A stretch of 51,616 nucleotides of DNA from an uncultured bacterium (GTDB taxonomy: Bacteria; Desulfobacterota; Dissulfuribacteria; Dissulfuribacterales; UBA3076), in the NCBI GenBank assembly GCA_965539945.1, contig CBETWD010000001.1, positions 1 through 51,616 of the forward strand. The letters are read 5' to 3'. The notes below the pieces were generated by a model that searched no databases, was not told the origin of the DNA, and worked only from the letters and a program-made list of their open reading frames with translations. A program made the position numbers and the translations under genes. Every line of letters starts with the position of its first letter. Position 1 is the stretch's first letter. This document shows, piece after piece, positions 10,098-18,920 of this stretch.

Positions 10098-10320
10098 AAA
10101 ACCACCCTATAGCCGCGGCTTAAGTTAACTGTATTGAAAAAATATTCTCCTCGGGTGTTTTTGTTTCTCAACTATTTAAAAGGACCTGTCGATAAGAGAA
10201 AGAAGTTCTTCGATTGAGTATCGCTGGATGAATGAGGAAAATGAATTGTGGGCTTGACATTCACCACAGTGACTTTGCAGCATCCATGATAAACCAATCC
10301 ACAAAAAGGACACAAGCACA

Positions 10321-11976
10321 ATGAATTTGAGTGCTCAACAGGGACTTCGCTCCCCTAAAGTATTCATGATGGACGGATTTAAGAAATCAGGAGGGTGCAG
10401 GAGTAGTATATTACTTTTTACGATATTTTTATGTGTCGCAGGAGGTTATTACTTTAATTTTGTTAATTTTGTAAAAATCGATTATGCGGGTGTTTACTCA
10501 CCTCAAGAGTTTAACACTCTCCTGAATTATTTCAGCTTACAGATTCTATATACCAACATATTCTATATCCCAATTATACTGGCAGCTATATGGTATAGAA
10601 CAAAAGTCATTCCGCTGGCCATATTTTTAGGCATTTTCCATATATATTTAACATATTCTGCTCTTGGAACTCTTATAGTAGGAACCATTGAGAGGGCAGG
10701 GATTTTTGTAGTATTAGCTTGCGTTATCGCACTTATCAGTGAGGGAAAAGTCAAAGAAGAAATGAAAGTACGAAAATCCGAGGAAAAATATCGTTCTCTC
10801 GTGGAGTCTACAAGTGATTTAATATACATAGTAGATAAAGAGTGCAAATATCTTTTTATAAACAATATGTTGTTGTCTCAATTCGGCCTATTGAGGAGCC
10901 AAGTTCTGGGAAAGACATTTGACGCATTCCATACGGCAGAAGAAACAAAAAAATTTGCTGAGAATGTAAATAGAGTTTTTGCAACTGGTACAACCACAGA
11001 GTACGAAGCTTACAGCAAGAAATATGATAAATGGCTTATAAAAACGCTCGGTCCAATTAAAGACCCTGATACTAAGAATGTAATAGCTGTTTCTGTAATA
11101 TCAAAGAATATTACTGAGCGCAAGAAAGCGGAAGAGGACTTAAAAAGGGCCTATAATGAACTCAAAGAAACCCAAGATCAGTTAATACAAAATGAAAAAA
11201 TGGCAGCTATAGGACGTTTAACATCTGGAATTGCTCATCAAATTAGAAATCCCCTGGGTATTATTTTGATGGGTGTAGAGTACCTTGGTAACACTTTGTC
11301 AGAAAAAGATGACCAATGTGCAGGATCTATTAAAATCATAAAACAGGCTGTAAGTAGAGCAAACAAAGTTATTGTTGATCTTCTACAGTTTTCAAGAAAG
11401 GCCGAACTTAAATTCGAATCTGTAGATATTTGCGAATTATTAGATGACTCAATAAACTTAGTTGAGCGTAGTGGGAATTTGAAAAATATAAAGATAAACC
11501 GGAATTATCCAAAAGAACCAGTAAAATGTAAAGCTAACAAGAACATATTTCAGCAAGTAATTATTAATCTTTTGAACAATGCAGTAGATGCCATGCAAGA
11601 GGAAGGCGAGATTAAGATAAATATTTTTTATAAGTTAGCATCAAAGCTAAACAATAAAGCCGGCAAGAGAGAGGATGATTATTTTGAGATAGGTGATAAG
11701 ATTGCTGTGGTTGAAATTGAGGATACAGGTGAAGGCATTCCAAAGGATATTTTACCGAACATATTTGAGCCTTTTTTCACTACAAAAGAAATAGGAAAAG
11801 GAACGGGTCTTGGTCTTAGCTTGGCACATTTAATTATAGATCGGCACAAGGGATCTATTGATGTAGAGAGTGAGGTAAATAAAGGCACAAAGTTTATTAT
11901 TAATCTGCAACCAGGAAACAATCAAGACAAAGGGGAGCAATATGTCGGAAAAGAAGAAGATACTATTAATTCATGA
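10321..11976 (+). CDS. Membrane-bound PAS sensor histidine kinase
   Basis: 551 aa with N-terminal TM helices and a PAS-like segment. H-box GIAHQIRNPL, N-box LLNNAVDA, G-boxes DTGEGI and GKGTGLGLS. Confidence 0.85.
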   Translation: MNLSAQQGLRSPKVFMMDGFKKSGGCRSSILLFTIFLCVAGGYYFNFVNFVKIDYAGVYSPQEFNTLLNYFSLQILYTNIFYIPIILAAIWYRTKVIPLAIFLGIFHIYLTYSALGTLIVGTIERAGIFVVLACVIALISEGKVKEEMKVRKSEEKYRSLVESTSDLIYIVDKECKYLFINNMLLSQFGLLRSQVLGKTFDAFHTAEETKKFAENVNRVFATGTTTEYEAYSKKYDKWLIKTLGPIKDPDTKNVIAVSVISKNITERKKAEEDLKRAYNELKETQDQLIQNEKMAAIGRLTSGIAHQIRNPLGIILMGVEYLGNTLSEKDDQCAGSIKIIKQAVSRANKVIVDLLQFSRKAELKFESVDICELLDDSINLVERSGNLKNIKINRNYPKEPVKCKANKNIFQQVIINLLNNAVDAMQEEGEIKINIFYKLASKLNNKAGKREDDYFEIGDKIAVVEIEDTGEGIPKDILPNIFEPFFTTKEIGKGTGLGLSLAHLIIDRHKGSIDVESEVNKGTKFIINLQPGNNQDKGEQYVGKEEDTINS

Positions 11977-11992
11977 TAAAAAAGATAAATAA
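11942..11992 (+). pseudogene. 16-codon remnant of a response-regulator receiver N-terminus (MSEKKKILLIHDKKDK*)
   Basis: The ATG overlaps the kinase 3' end, as in coupled HK-RR pairs. The KKILLI(D/H)D beta1 signature is then cut by a stop. Confidence 0.35.
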
Positions 11993-12068
11993 ACCCCATA
12001 TTAAAAATGAGGTACCTGATTCGATTTGGGCCTGGATGGTCAGTATGATCACTACAATGCATGTCTGC

Positions 12069-12815
12069 TTAAGAAGATTGAAAGCATAGTCTTTTCAAAT
12101 TCAAAAGCCTGCCGGCTCCGGCGATTGTTGTACCATAGAGATAAAGTGATTTTTGATATTTGTTTGAAAGAGAAATCAACTGAGACAGGGAATCATTTAC
12201 TATTGTTGAGCCTGTCGCCAGGACGACGTCGCAGGTCTTAAAGAGTTCTTCTGTCATTTTTCTGCCATCCCAGATAGACACCCCATATTTTATTTTGTTA
12301 ATATTATCTATATCAAGGTCTGTTACGTTCAGATTTTCCGCAGATAACCTCCTGGAAAAATTATCTATTATGGCCGGCTGGAATCCAACAATTCCGATCC
12401 TGACATCAGAGCTGTATTTATCGATGATTACTCTGACTATTTCCTTGGCACACAATTCCGGCTCCTTGTCTTTGCAGTGAATAGTGCCGTTAGCGATACC
12501 CACATATCGCATCAGTGCATTCAGCGTAGCGACGAAGAGCGCTCTCTCGCCGTTATCCGTTAATCTTAATTTAAGTATTTCCTTAAGTTTGCCCCTGAAA
12601 GTTTTTGGGATGTCAGTAAAGGCCTGCCCCAAGGCATTTTTGAAATCCGCCTGGATTAAAGACTCCTTGCCTTGAAGCAGCGGGAAATCCTTCCTTTCTG
12701 TATTGCCTATGGCTTCTTCAGGTGTCAGGATTTTCGCCGTGATATTTACTTCACTTTCCATGAGACCATTTTCTGTAGCTATATCATTCAGCGCCTTTTT
12801 CAATTCTTCGTACAT
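12069..12815 (-). CDS. DUF364/DUF4213-like Rossmann-type protein (putative heavy-metal chelation domain family)
   Basis: 248 aa. The pattern IGIVGF..(about 50 aa)..CDVVLATGSTIVNDSL..LYGTT matches my recollection of the DUF364 family. No experimentally known function. Confidence 0.45.
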   Translation of the reverse strand: MYEELKKALNDIATENGLMESEVNITAKILTPEEAIGNTERKDFPLLQGKESLIQADFKNALGQAFTDIPKTFRGKLKEILKLRLTDNGERALFVATLNALMRYVGIANGTIHCKDKEPELCAKEIVRVIIDKYSSDVRIGIVGFQPAIIDNFSRRLSAENLNVTDLDIDNINKIKYGVSIWDGRKMTEELFKTCDVVLATGSTIVNDSLSQLISLSNKYQKSLYLYGTTIAGAGRLLNLKRLCFQSS

Positions 12816-13005
12816 TTCCCTTTTGCCTTTTCCCTTAATGTTTACTATCAGTGCTTTGAAAGATGTTCATTAGTCCATCCGGTGCTTATTCAAACATTAT
12901 ACCACATAGATTGTGACTGTCTCGAAATTCAGGCATCTAAGGATCATCAGAACAGGCGTTGACACCTTTACTTCAGATGGTAGGTTGAGCCTGCCTTGTT
13001 CTGAG

Positions 13006-13165
13006 GTAAGCGTTCACATGGCACCGCATCTGCTTTGTTGTCGGGCACTTGAAGTACAGGAAGTACGTCTGCGTACCCGTACGCCTCGCATCTGCAGCAC
13101 CCTGTAAACGCTTACAGCTCGGTGGGTTGCGGTAAAATGGGCGTTGTAATCCCGTGAACGGTTAC
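13006..13165 (+). mobile_element. Family F 160-bp MITE-like/structured element, copy 1 (second copy inverted at 44889-45047)
   Basis: Terminal inverted repeats GTAAGCGTTCAC...GTGAACGGTTAC. By eye about 90% identical to the reverse complement of 44889-45047. An internal inverted repeat ends at GTAAACGCTTAC. Confidence 0.8.
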
Positions 13166-13198
13166 GTTCTGAGAATAAGCATAGGGGGGAAGGAGATT

Positions 13199-15001
13199 AT
13201 GGATAAGAAGAAAATCTTGGTCGTAGGTTCCGGAGGACGCGAACACGTTCTTTGCTGGAAGCTGTCATCCAGTTCCAAAATTTCCAGAGTATTCTGTGCG
13301 CCCGGGAATGCCGGCATAAGTCAACATGCCGTCTGTGTGCCTTTAAAGGTCTCTGACATTAACGGCATTGTATCATTTGTCAAAAAGGAGGGTATCGATA
13401 TAACGTTAGTAGGCCCGGAAGCCCCTCTGGCTGAAGGTCTGGTAGACAAATTTAACGAACAGGGACTTGTAGTATTCGGACCCACTAAAGCGGCTGCTGA
13501 AATCGAGGCAAGTAAGGTATTTTCAAAAGACTTGCTCACTGAGGCAGGTATACGAACAGGGGCCTACAAGGTCTTTACCGAGCCGGATGCCGCCTTTGAT
13601 TATATCAAGAACGTAGTTGGAGTGCCCATTGCAATAAAGGCAGACGGGCTGGCAGCCGGCAAAGGGGTGTTGCTCGCCCATTCCCTCGCTGAGGCGGAGG
13701 AGGCAATAGATCTCATCCTTCGCAAAAAGGCCTTTGGCGAAGCGGGCAATCGTTTGATAGTAGAGGAATTTCTCACCGGGGAAGAAGCCTCCTTCATGGC
13801 TATAACCGATGGAACAACTGTCCTTCCTCTTGCCACTTCCCAGGACCATAAGCCCGTATTTGATAATGATCGGGGACCTAATACCGGCGGTATGGGTGCT
13901 TACTCCCCAGCCCCGGTGGTAAGCAGTATTCTGTTTGACGATATCATGGACACGGTTATGAGGCCCACAGTGGAAGCCATGGCAAGGGCAAAAAGGCCCT
14001 ATCAAGGAGTGCTTTATGGTGGCCTTATAATTAAAGACGGTATGTTTGAGGTCTTGGAATTTAACTGCCGGTTCGGTGATCCTGAGGCTCAGCCGATCCT
14101 GATGCGACTCCGCACTGACCTGATGGAAGTATTTGAGGCGGCACTTGAAGGCAGGCTGAATGAAGTCAAACTTGAGTGGGATCCAAGGGCTGCTGTCTGC
14201 GTTGTCCTGGCCTCCGGAGGCTATCCTGGAAGTTATGAGACAGGCAAGGTCATCCATGGCCTGGAAAAAGTGGCTGAGATGCAGGACGTAATGGTTTTTC
14301 ACGCAGGGACTGCCAAGGATGGAGACCGATTCATCACAGCCGGCGGAAGAGTCCTTGGGGTTACGGCACTTGGGAATACCGTTTCAGAGGCAATAGACCT
14401 TGCATATGAAGCAGTCGGACAAATTTCCTGGGAAGGCATGCACTATAGAAGGGATATTGGTCAAAAGGCCCTCAGATACACGTCCAGTGCGACCAGTACG
14501 CCGGTTTCCCCGCATCCCGGCAGCTCTGCCAAGGTAGGTATTGTCATGGGAAGCCTCAGTGACAAGGGGGTTATGGAAGCGGCCCGGGATATTCTTAATG
14601 AATTTGATATTGCATGTGAGCTGAGGGTTGCTTCAGCCCATCGCTCACCGGAACTTACTGCATTATATGCCAGGGAGGCAGAAACCAGAGGAATAAAGGT
14701 CTTGATTGCCGGCGCCGGAATGGCCGCACACCTGGCCGGCAGTCTGGCAGCAAATACGATCCTCCCTGTAATAGGGGTGCCTGTGGATAGTTCGGCCTTG
14801 AATGGACTTGATGCCTTGCTTTCCACTGCCCAGATGCCCCCTGGTGTCCCGGTTGCAACCATGGCAATAGGAGAAGCCGGGGCAAAAAATGCCGCCTTGT
14901 TGGCACTACAGATCCTGGCATTGGAAGACCAGGACCTTGCAGGGAAGTTGAAGGAATACAGAGAGGCCCAGGCAAAAAAGATAGAAGGATTTATTTTTTA
15001 A
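13199..15001 (+). CDS. purD-purE: Fusion of phosphoribosylamine-glycine ligase (PurD) and N5-CAIR mutase/AIR carboxylase catalytic subunit (PurE)
   Basis: PurD N-terminus KILVVGSGGREH with an ATP-grasp core. A Ser/Thr/Pro linker (SSATSTPVSPHPGSS) follows. PurE signature VGIVMGSLSD..ASAHRSP..IAGAGMAAHLAG. Start ATG 13199 lies after GGGGGGAAGGAG; the track start at 13154 lies inside repeat F. Confidence 0.85.
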   Translation: MDKKKILVVGSGGREHVLCWKLSSSSKISRVFCAPGNAGISQHAVCVPLKVSDINGIVSFVKKEGIDITLVGPEAPLAEGLVDKFNEQGLVVFGPTKAAAEIEASKVFSKDLLTEAGIRTGAYKVFTEPDAAFDYIKNVVGVPIAIKADGLAAGKGVLLAHSLAEAEEAIDLILRKKAFGEAGNRLIVEEFLTGEEASFMAITDGTTVLPLATSQDHKPVFDNDRGPNTGGMGAYSPAPVVSSILFDDIMDTVMRPTVEAMARAKRPYQGVLYGGLIIKDGMFEVLEFNCRFGDPEAQPILMRLRTDLMEVFEAALEGRLNEVKLEWDPRAAVCVVLASGGYPGSYETGKVIHGLEKVAEMQDVMVFHAGTAKDGDRFITAGGRVLGVTALGNTVSEAIDLAYEAVGQISWEGMHYRRDIGQKALRYTSSATSTPVSPHPGSSAKVGIVMGSLSDKGVMEAARDILNEFDIACELRVASAHRSPELTALYAREAETRGIKVLIAGAGMAAHLAGSLAANTILPVIGVPVDSSALNGLDALLSTAQMPPGVPVATMAIGEAGAKNAALLALQILALEDQDLAGKLKEYREAQAKKIEGFIF

Positions 15002-15016
15002 TTTTTTAGTTATGAT

Positions 15017-15688
15017 ATGGTCCCACCACCTGACCGCATATTAATCCAACGAGCTGCAGATATAGTGCGGAAAGGTGGAGTGGTAGCCTTTCCTACAGAG
15101 ACGAGCTATGGGCTTGGGGCCTCAATAAAACACATCGATGCCCTTGAACGAATCTATGTAATCAAAAAAAGGCCAAGGCATAAACCACTTTTGATCCTCA
15201 TTTCAGATATTTCGGATCTTATCCATCTGGTCAGCCGGGTTCCGCCGGCAGCAGTTACCTTGATGGAGCGCTTCTGGCCAGGTCCCTTGACCCTGCTTTT
15301 GCCGGCTAAACCCGGGTTGCCATGGCCACTTTGTGCAGATACAGCCAAGGTGGGCGTAAGAATCTCAAGCCATCCATGGGCACATTCCCTGGTACAAACT
15401 TTGGGGAATCCTATGACCGCAACCAGTGCAAACCTCTCTGAACACCCTGCCACCCGTAAAGCCGAGGAAGTTGCAGATCAGTTACGATCTTGTCCCTCTG
15501 ACTATATACTGGACGGGGGACCCACATCCGGTGGGGCACCATCCACGATCATAGATGTATGCACTGATCCTCCTGAAATCATACGGGAAGGGGCAATCAG
15601 CCCAAAATATATTAGAACCTGGGTTAAGCGGTTCAACGTTCACGGTTCCCGGCTGAAAAGCCCTGACTGGCTGTTAACAAAAGGATAA
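15017..15688 (+). CDS. tsaC: L-threonylcarbamoyladenylate synthase (TsaC/YrdC/YwlC family)
   Basis: 223 aa with YrdC-domain motifs VAFPTETSYGLGA and ATSAN. Confidence 0.8.
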   Translation: MVPPPDRILIQRAADIVRKGGVVAFPTETSYGLGASIKHIDALERIYVIKKRPRHKPLLILISDISDLIHLVSRVPPAAVTLMERFWPGPLTLLLPAKPGLPWPLCADTAKVGVRISSHPWAHSLVQTLGNPMTATSANLSEHPATRKAEEVADQLRSCPSDYILDGGPTSGGAPSTIIDVCTDPPEIIREGAISPKYIRTWVKRFNVHGSRLKSPDWLLTKG

Positions 15689-15785
15689 AGCGTCATTATG
15701 GGCGAATGTTATTTTTCACCCATTGGGTGAAAGAGATTAATTTAAGCATTATATTATAAAGTTAAGGATATCAACAGATTATAAC

Positions 15786-15814
15786 CTTTGAACCCTGAAC
15801 CCTGAACCTGGAAC
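15786..15814. repeat. Family A heptamer repeat in reverse orientation (TGAACCC units)
   Basis: CTTTGAACCCTGAACCCTGAACCTGGAACC in the tsaC-mltG intergenic region. Confidence 0.8.
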
Positions 15815-15848
15815 CGATCATTTTACGAAAAACCCCAATCTAAAGAAT

Positions 15849-16985
15849 ATGCGCATAATACGTGAATTTTGGTTTCCTGTTTTACTCTATTTAGTTTTTC
15901 TGTCCGGTTATCAGATCTGGCAAGAATGTACGTTGCCTGTTTCGGAAACAGGCAAAAATAAGATCGTATTAATTCCCACAGGGAGCACCTTTTCCTCAGC
16001 AGCACAACAACTTGAAACAGAAGGCCTAATCAAATCCAAGAGGGCGTTTTATATTCTGGCCTGGCTGGAAGATGCAACAACCAGAATCCAGGCAGGAGAA
16101 TATGAATTCTCTCAAACCCAAACGCCTATAGAGATCCTGGATTACCTGGTCCAGGGAAAAATCCGCCAATATATAGTTACCATTCCCGAGGGCTATAACC
16201 TGTTTCAAATAGATGACCTTCTTGCAAATGCGAAATTGATATCAGACGATTCATTTCTCAATGTGGCAAGAGACAAAAACATCTTAAGAACTTTGGGTAT
16301 AAAGGCTGATAGCGCTGAGGGCTATGTTTACCCTGACACCTATCAATTGACCAAGGACGCCACTGCACGTGAGATGCTCCGCACCTTTGTTAATCATTTC
16401 TGGGAAGTATGGGATTCAGAAGAATTCAGCCGCGGAACGGAAAAACTGGATATTGAAATCCACGATATAGTGACCATTGCTTCCATAGTGGAAAAAGAGG
16501 CCATGCGGTCAAGAGAGAGGCCTCTAATTGCTTGTGTATTCTGGAATCGCCTGAAAAAAGACATGCCGCTCCAGGCAGATCCAACCGTCCATTACGGAAT
16601 ACTTGTGGAAACCAAGGTAAAAAAACGCCGTCTTAGGTGGAAAGATCTAAGAAAAAAGACTCCCTATAACACTTATGTAAGCAGAGGTCTTCCCAAGGGG
16701 CCGATTTCAAACCCGGGCAAGGAATCCATCAGGGCGACTCTCTATCCATCAAAAAAGGATTATTTATTTTTTGTTTCAAAAAATAACGGGACACATTGTT
16801 TTTCCCGGACTTTGGCTGAACACAATAGGGCCGTAAATCAATACCAACGCCGGCGTAAACACCGGCCCAAGAAAAAACCCCCCACTGATTCAACACAAAC
16901 CACTGAGACCAAGCCGGAAAAACATACACAAGATGATACAAAGCCAGGCCCGCAAGACCTCCCTGCGGGTGAAAGCCGGAACTAG
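15849..16985 (+). CDS. mltG: Endolytic murein transglycosylase MltG (YceG-like) with a basic/low-complexity C-terminal tail
   Basis: 378 aa with an N-terminal TM segment. Motifs EGYVYPDTY, ASIVEKEA, LQADPTV.Y, YNTY..GLPKGPISNPG. Confidence 0.9.
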   Translation: MRIIREFWFPVLLYLVFLSGYQIWQECTLPVSETGKNKIVLIPTGSTFSSAAQQLETEGLIKSKRAFYILAWLEDATTRIQAGEYEFSQTQTPIEILDYLVQGKIRQYIVTIPEGYNLFQIDDLLANAKLISDDSFLNVARDKNILRTLGIKADSAEGYVYPDTYQLTKDATAREMLRTFVNHFWEVWDSEEFSRGTEKLDIEIHDIVTIASIVEKEAMRSRERPLIACVFWNRLKKDMPLQADPTVHYGILVETKVKKRRLRWKDLRKKTPYNTYVSRGLPKGPISNPGKESIRATLYPSKKDYLFFVSKNNGTHCFSRTLAEHNRAVNQYQRRRKHRPKKKPPTDSTQTTETKPEKHTQDDTKPGPQDLPAGESRN

Positions 16986-17050
16986 ACCATCCACCCATAT
17001 ATCTCCTATTTTTCCAAATTTGAGCACTATTTACGGCATTCTTCATTTCT

Positions 17051-17202
17051 TAGTTTACACTTTTCGAGGTTGGTTCTTTAATCATCCATTTTGAATATCG
17101 AACCGCAGAACAAGGAACCGCAGAATTTCGAAGGTATTATTTCGACATTCGATATTTCTTGTTCGATATTCTGCGGTTCAAAAAAATAAAAAGTGTAAAC
17201 TA
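17051..17202. mobile_element. Family C composite element: perfect 14-bp terminal inverted repeat plus inverted degenerate heptamer arms
   Basis: TAGTTTACACTTTT (17051-17064) pairs with AAAAGTGTAAACTA (17189-17202). The inner arms are ..TATCGAA CCGCAGAA CAAGGAA.. and ..TTCGACA TTCGATA TTTCTTG TTCGATA TTCTGCG... Confidence 0.8.
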
Positions 17203-17493
17203 CTTTTATGCTTATATGAAGGATGCCCTATTTACCTCATATCTTTTTTATCCCCACTTTGAACCACCACCCCCTTTCCCTTTTAATCGCCAGATAATAA
17301 TCAAAAATTTTTTTAAAATTTTCAAGTAGATGACACTTTTCCCCGATATAAATATTAGAGTTAATTTATGTATTTTTGTCTCAATTTTCAAGAATCATCA
17401 CTTTTAAAAGCAAATTATAGAAAAATAAAGGAAAGCACAGTTTCTATTATATAACATACTGATATTTTATGGTTAAATTATCTCTTAATTCTC

Positions 17494-17523
17494 TTGACAG
17501 GCAACCCGTTATTAAAATATATA
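17494..17523 (+). promoter_or_regulatory. Candidate sigma70-type dcw/mraZ promoter (TTGACA-N18-TATATA)
   Basis: TTGACA at 17494-17499 and TATATA at 17518-17523, about 40 nt upstream of the mraZ ATG in an AT-rich region. Confidence 0.4.
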
Positions 17524-17530
17524 TGTATAT

Positions 17531-17560
17531 AGTGGGATAAAGTAGTACAAAGGGGTAAAA
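17531..17560 (+). promoter_or_regulatory. Three 10-nt phased direct repeats (AGTGGGATAA / AGTAGTACAA / AGGGGTAAAA), candidate MraZ operator
   Basis: Exact 10-nt phasing between the putative -10 element and the mraZ start. The third unit also doubles as the SD. Confidence 0.3.
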
Positions 17561-17563
17561 GCA

Positions 17564-18013
17564 ATGTTCAGAGGACGGTCGGCCCATGTCTTGGATGCCA
17601 AGGGCCGTCTTAGCATTCCAGCCCGTTTTAGAGAGTTCTTGCAGGCAAAATACGATGGCCGGTTGATAGTCACCAACCTGCCCTCTTGCCTCGCAGCTTA
17701 TCCTTTTGAGGAATGGCGAAAGATAGAAGAACATTTCAGCCGGTTCCAATTTGGACCTCCTGAAGTCGTAGCCTTTAAAAGATATTTGTTGGGAGCAGCA
17801 GCGGAGTGTCCTCTGGATGGCCAGGGGAGAATATTGATACCTCTGAAGCTCCGTGAAGAGGCAGGACTGACCAGGGATGTGGTGCTCTCGGGTATGCTCA
17901 CTTATTTCGAAATATCAAACAATGATAACTTGAACAAAGAATTGCAAAAAACGAGGGATAACTTTGACCAGTACAGCAGCGATATCACCGCTAAATTCGG
18001 AATTAGCGGCTAA
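17564..18013 (+). CDS. mraZ: Transcriptional regulator MraZ
   Basis: 149 aa. MFRGRSAHVLDAKGRLSIPARFR and a second SpoVT/AbrB-like repeat DGQGRILIP. Confidence 0.95.
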   Translation: MFRGRSAHVLDAKGRLSIPARFREFLQAKYDGRLIVTNLPSCLAAYPFEEWRKIEEHFSRFQFGPPEVVAFKRYLLGAAAECPLDGQGRILIPLKLREEAGLTRDVVLSGMLTYFEISNNDNLNKELQKTRDNFDQYSSDITAKFGISG

Positions 18014-18023
18014 AAAGGAGACA

Positions 18024-18917
18024 GTGCATTGCCCTGTAATGGTCACCGAAGTGCTGGATGGTCTGTCGTTGAGGCCCGGCGGGGTCTATGTTGATGCAAC
18101 ACTGGGCATGGGAGGCCATACAGAGGCCATGCTGTCAAGGTGCCCTGAAATCAAAATGGTCCTTGGCCTTGACTGTGACACAGAGGCCCTGGAACAGGCC
18201 GAATCCAGGCTGAGTCCATTTGGTGACAGGGTTCAATTCATTCACAGCAACTTTATCCATCTCCATGATGTCCTTTTATTCAATAGAATAGGGCAAGTTG
18301 ATGGGATACTCATGGATCTCGGAATTTCAAGCTTCCATCTGGAGAATAGCAGGAGGGGCTTCAGCTTTTCCAGGGACGAACCTCTTGACATGCGCATGGA
18401 TTCTTCTGCCTCTGGTGCAGTGACTGCTGCTGACATGGTCAACAAGCTTCCGGTTAAAAGATTGACCGAGCTTATCCAGACATACGGGGAAGAGAGATGG
18501 GCCAAGAGAATCGCCAAACGCATATATGACAGGCGGAAGACAGCTCCGATTCTGACCTCAGCGGAATTGGCGGAAGTGGTTGCTCATTCCATTCCCAGGA
18601 AATACCATCCACGCCGAATTCATCCTGCCACACGGACCTTCCAGGCGCTCCGGATCGCAGTGAACCGAGAGCTCGACAACCTTAAAGAGGCCCTTGGCTC
18701 ACTCCCGTCTTGTCTGAAACCGGAAGGACGACTGTGTATTATCTCTTTTCATTCCCTGGAGGATCGTCTGGTAAAAATCGCTTTCAGAGAAGATAACAGA
18801 TTGAAACCCTTAACTAAAAAACCCCTGGTACCAGGCCCTGAAGAAATGCACAGTAATCCCAGGGCCAGAAGTGCCAAGTTGAGAATTGCTCAATGTATAG
18901 AGCCCGACGCTTTATAG
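18024..18917 (+). CDS. rsmH: 16S rRNA (cytosine1402-N4)-methyltransferase RsmH
   Basis: HCPVMVTEVL, DATLGMGGH, DLGISS, SFHSLEDR. I chose the GTG start at 18024 after AAGGAG; the track ORF starts at 17964 inside mraZ. Confidence 0.9.
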   Translation: MHCPVMVTEVLDGLSLRPGGVYVDATLGMGGHTEAMLSRCPEIKMVLGLDCDTEALEQAESRLSPFGDRVQFIHSNFIHLHDVLLFNRIGQVDGILMDLGISSFHLENSRRGFSFSRDEPLDMRMDSSASGAVTAADMVNKLPVKRLTELIQTYGEERWAKRIAKRIYDRRKTAPILTSAELAEVVAHSIPRKYHPRRIHPATRTFQALRIAVNRELDNLKEALGSLPSCLKPEGRLCIISFHSLEDRLVKIAFREDNRLKPLTKKPLVPGPEEMHSNPRARSAKLRIAQCIEPDAL

Positions 18918-18920
18918 ACA

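Noticed and set aside
12913-13107. 64-aa and 69-aa ORFs (12913-13107 and 44864-45073) running through the two family F copies
   Set aside because: The two copies are in opposite orientation, and the track ORFs are on different strands of the element. The substitutions and one indel between the copies do not preserve a frame. This is most likely non-coding.
13523-14302. 259-aa minus-strand ORF inside purD, plus similar long antisense ORFs at 28466-29371 in murC, 23195-23778 in murF, 42513-43115 in the yitJ-like gene, 1246-1758 in tkt and 41058-41630 in tilS
   Set aside because: Each lies entirely within a strongly supported gene on the opposite strand. None has a recognisable motif, and all have odd composition. 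These are shadow ORFs.
17964-18023. rsmH start at 17964, overlapping mraZ by 50 nt
   Set aside because: A GTG at 18024 preceded by AAGGAG gives the conserved MH.PV.. N-terminus without the overlap.
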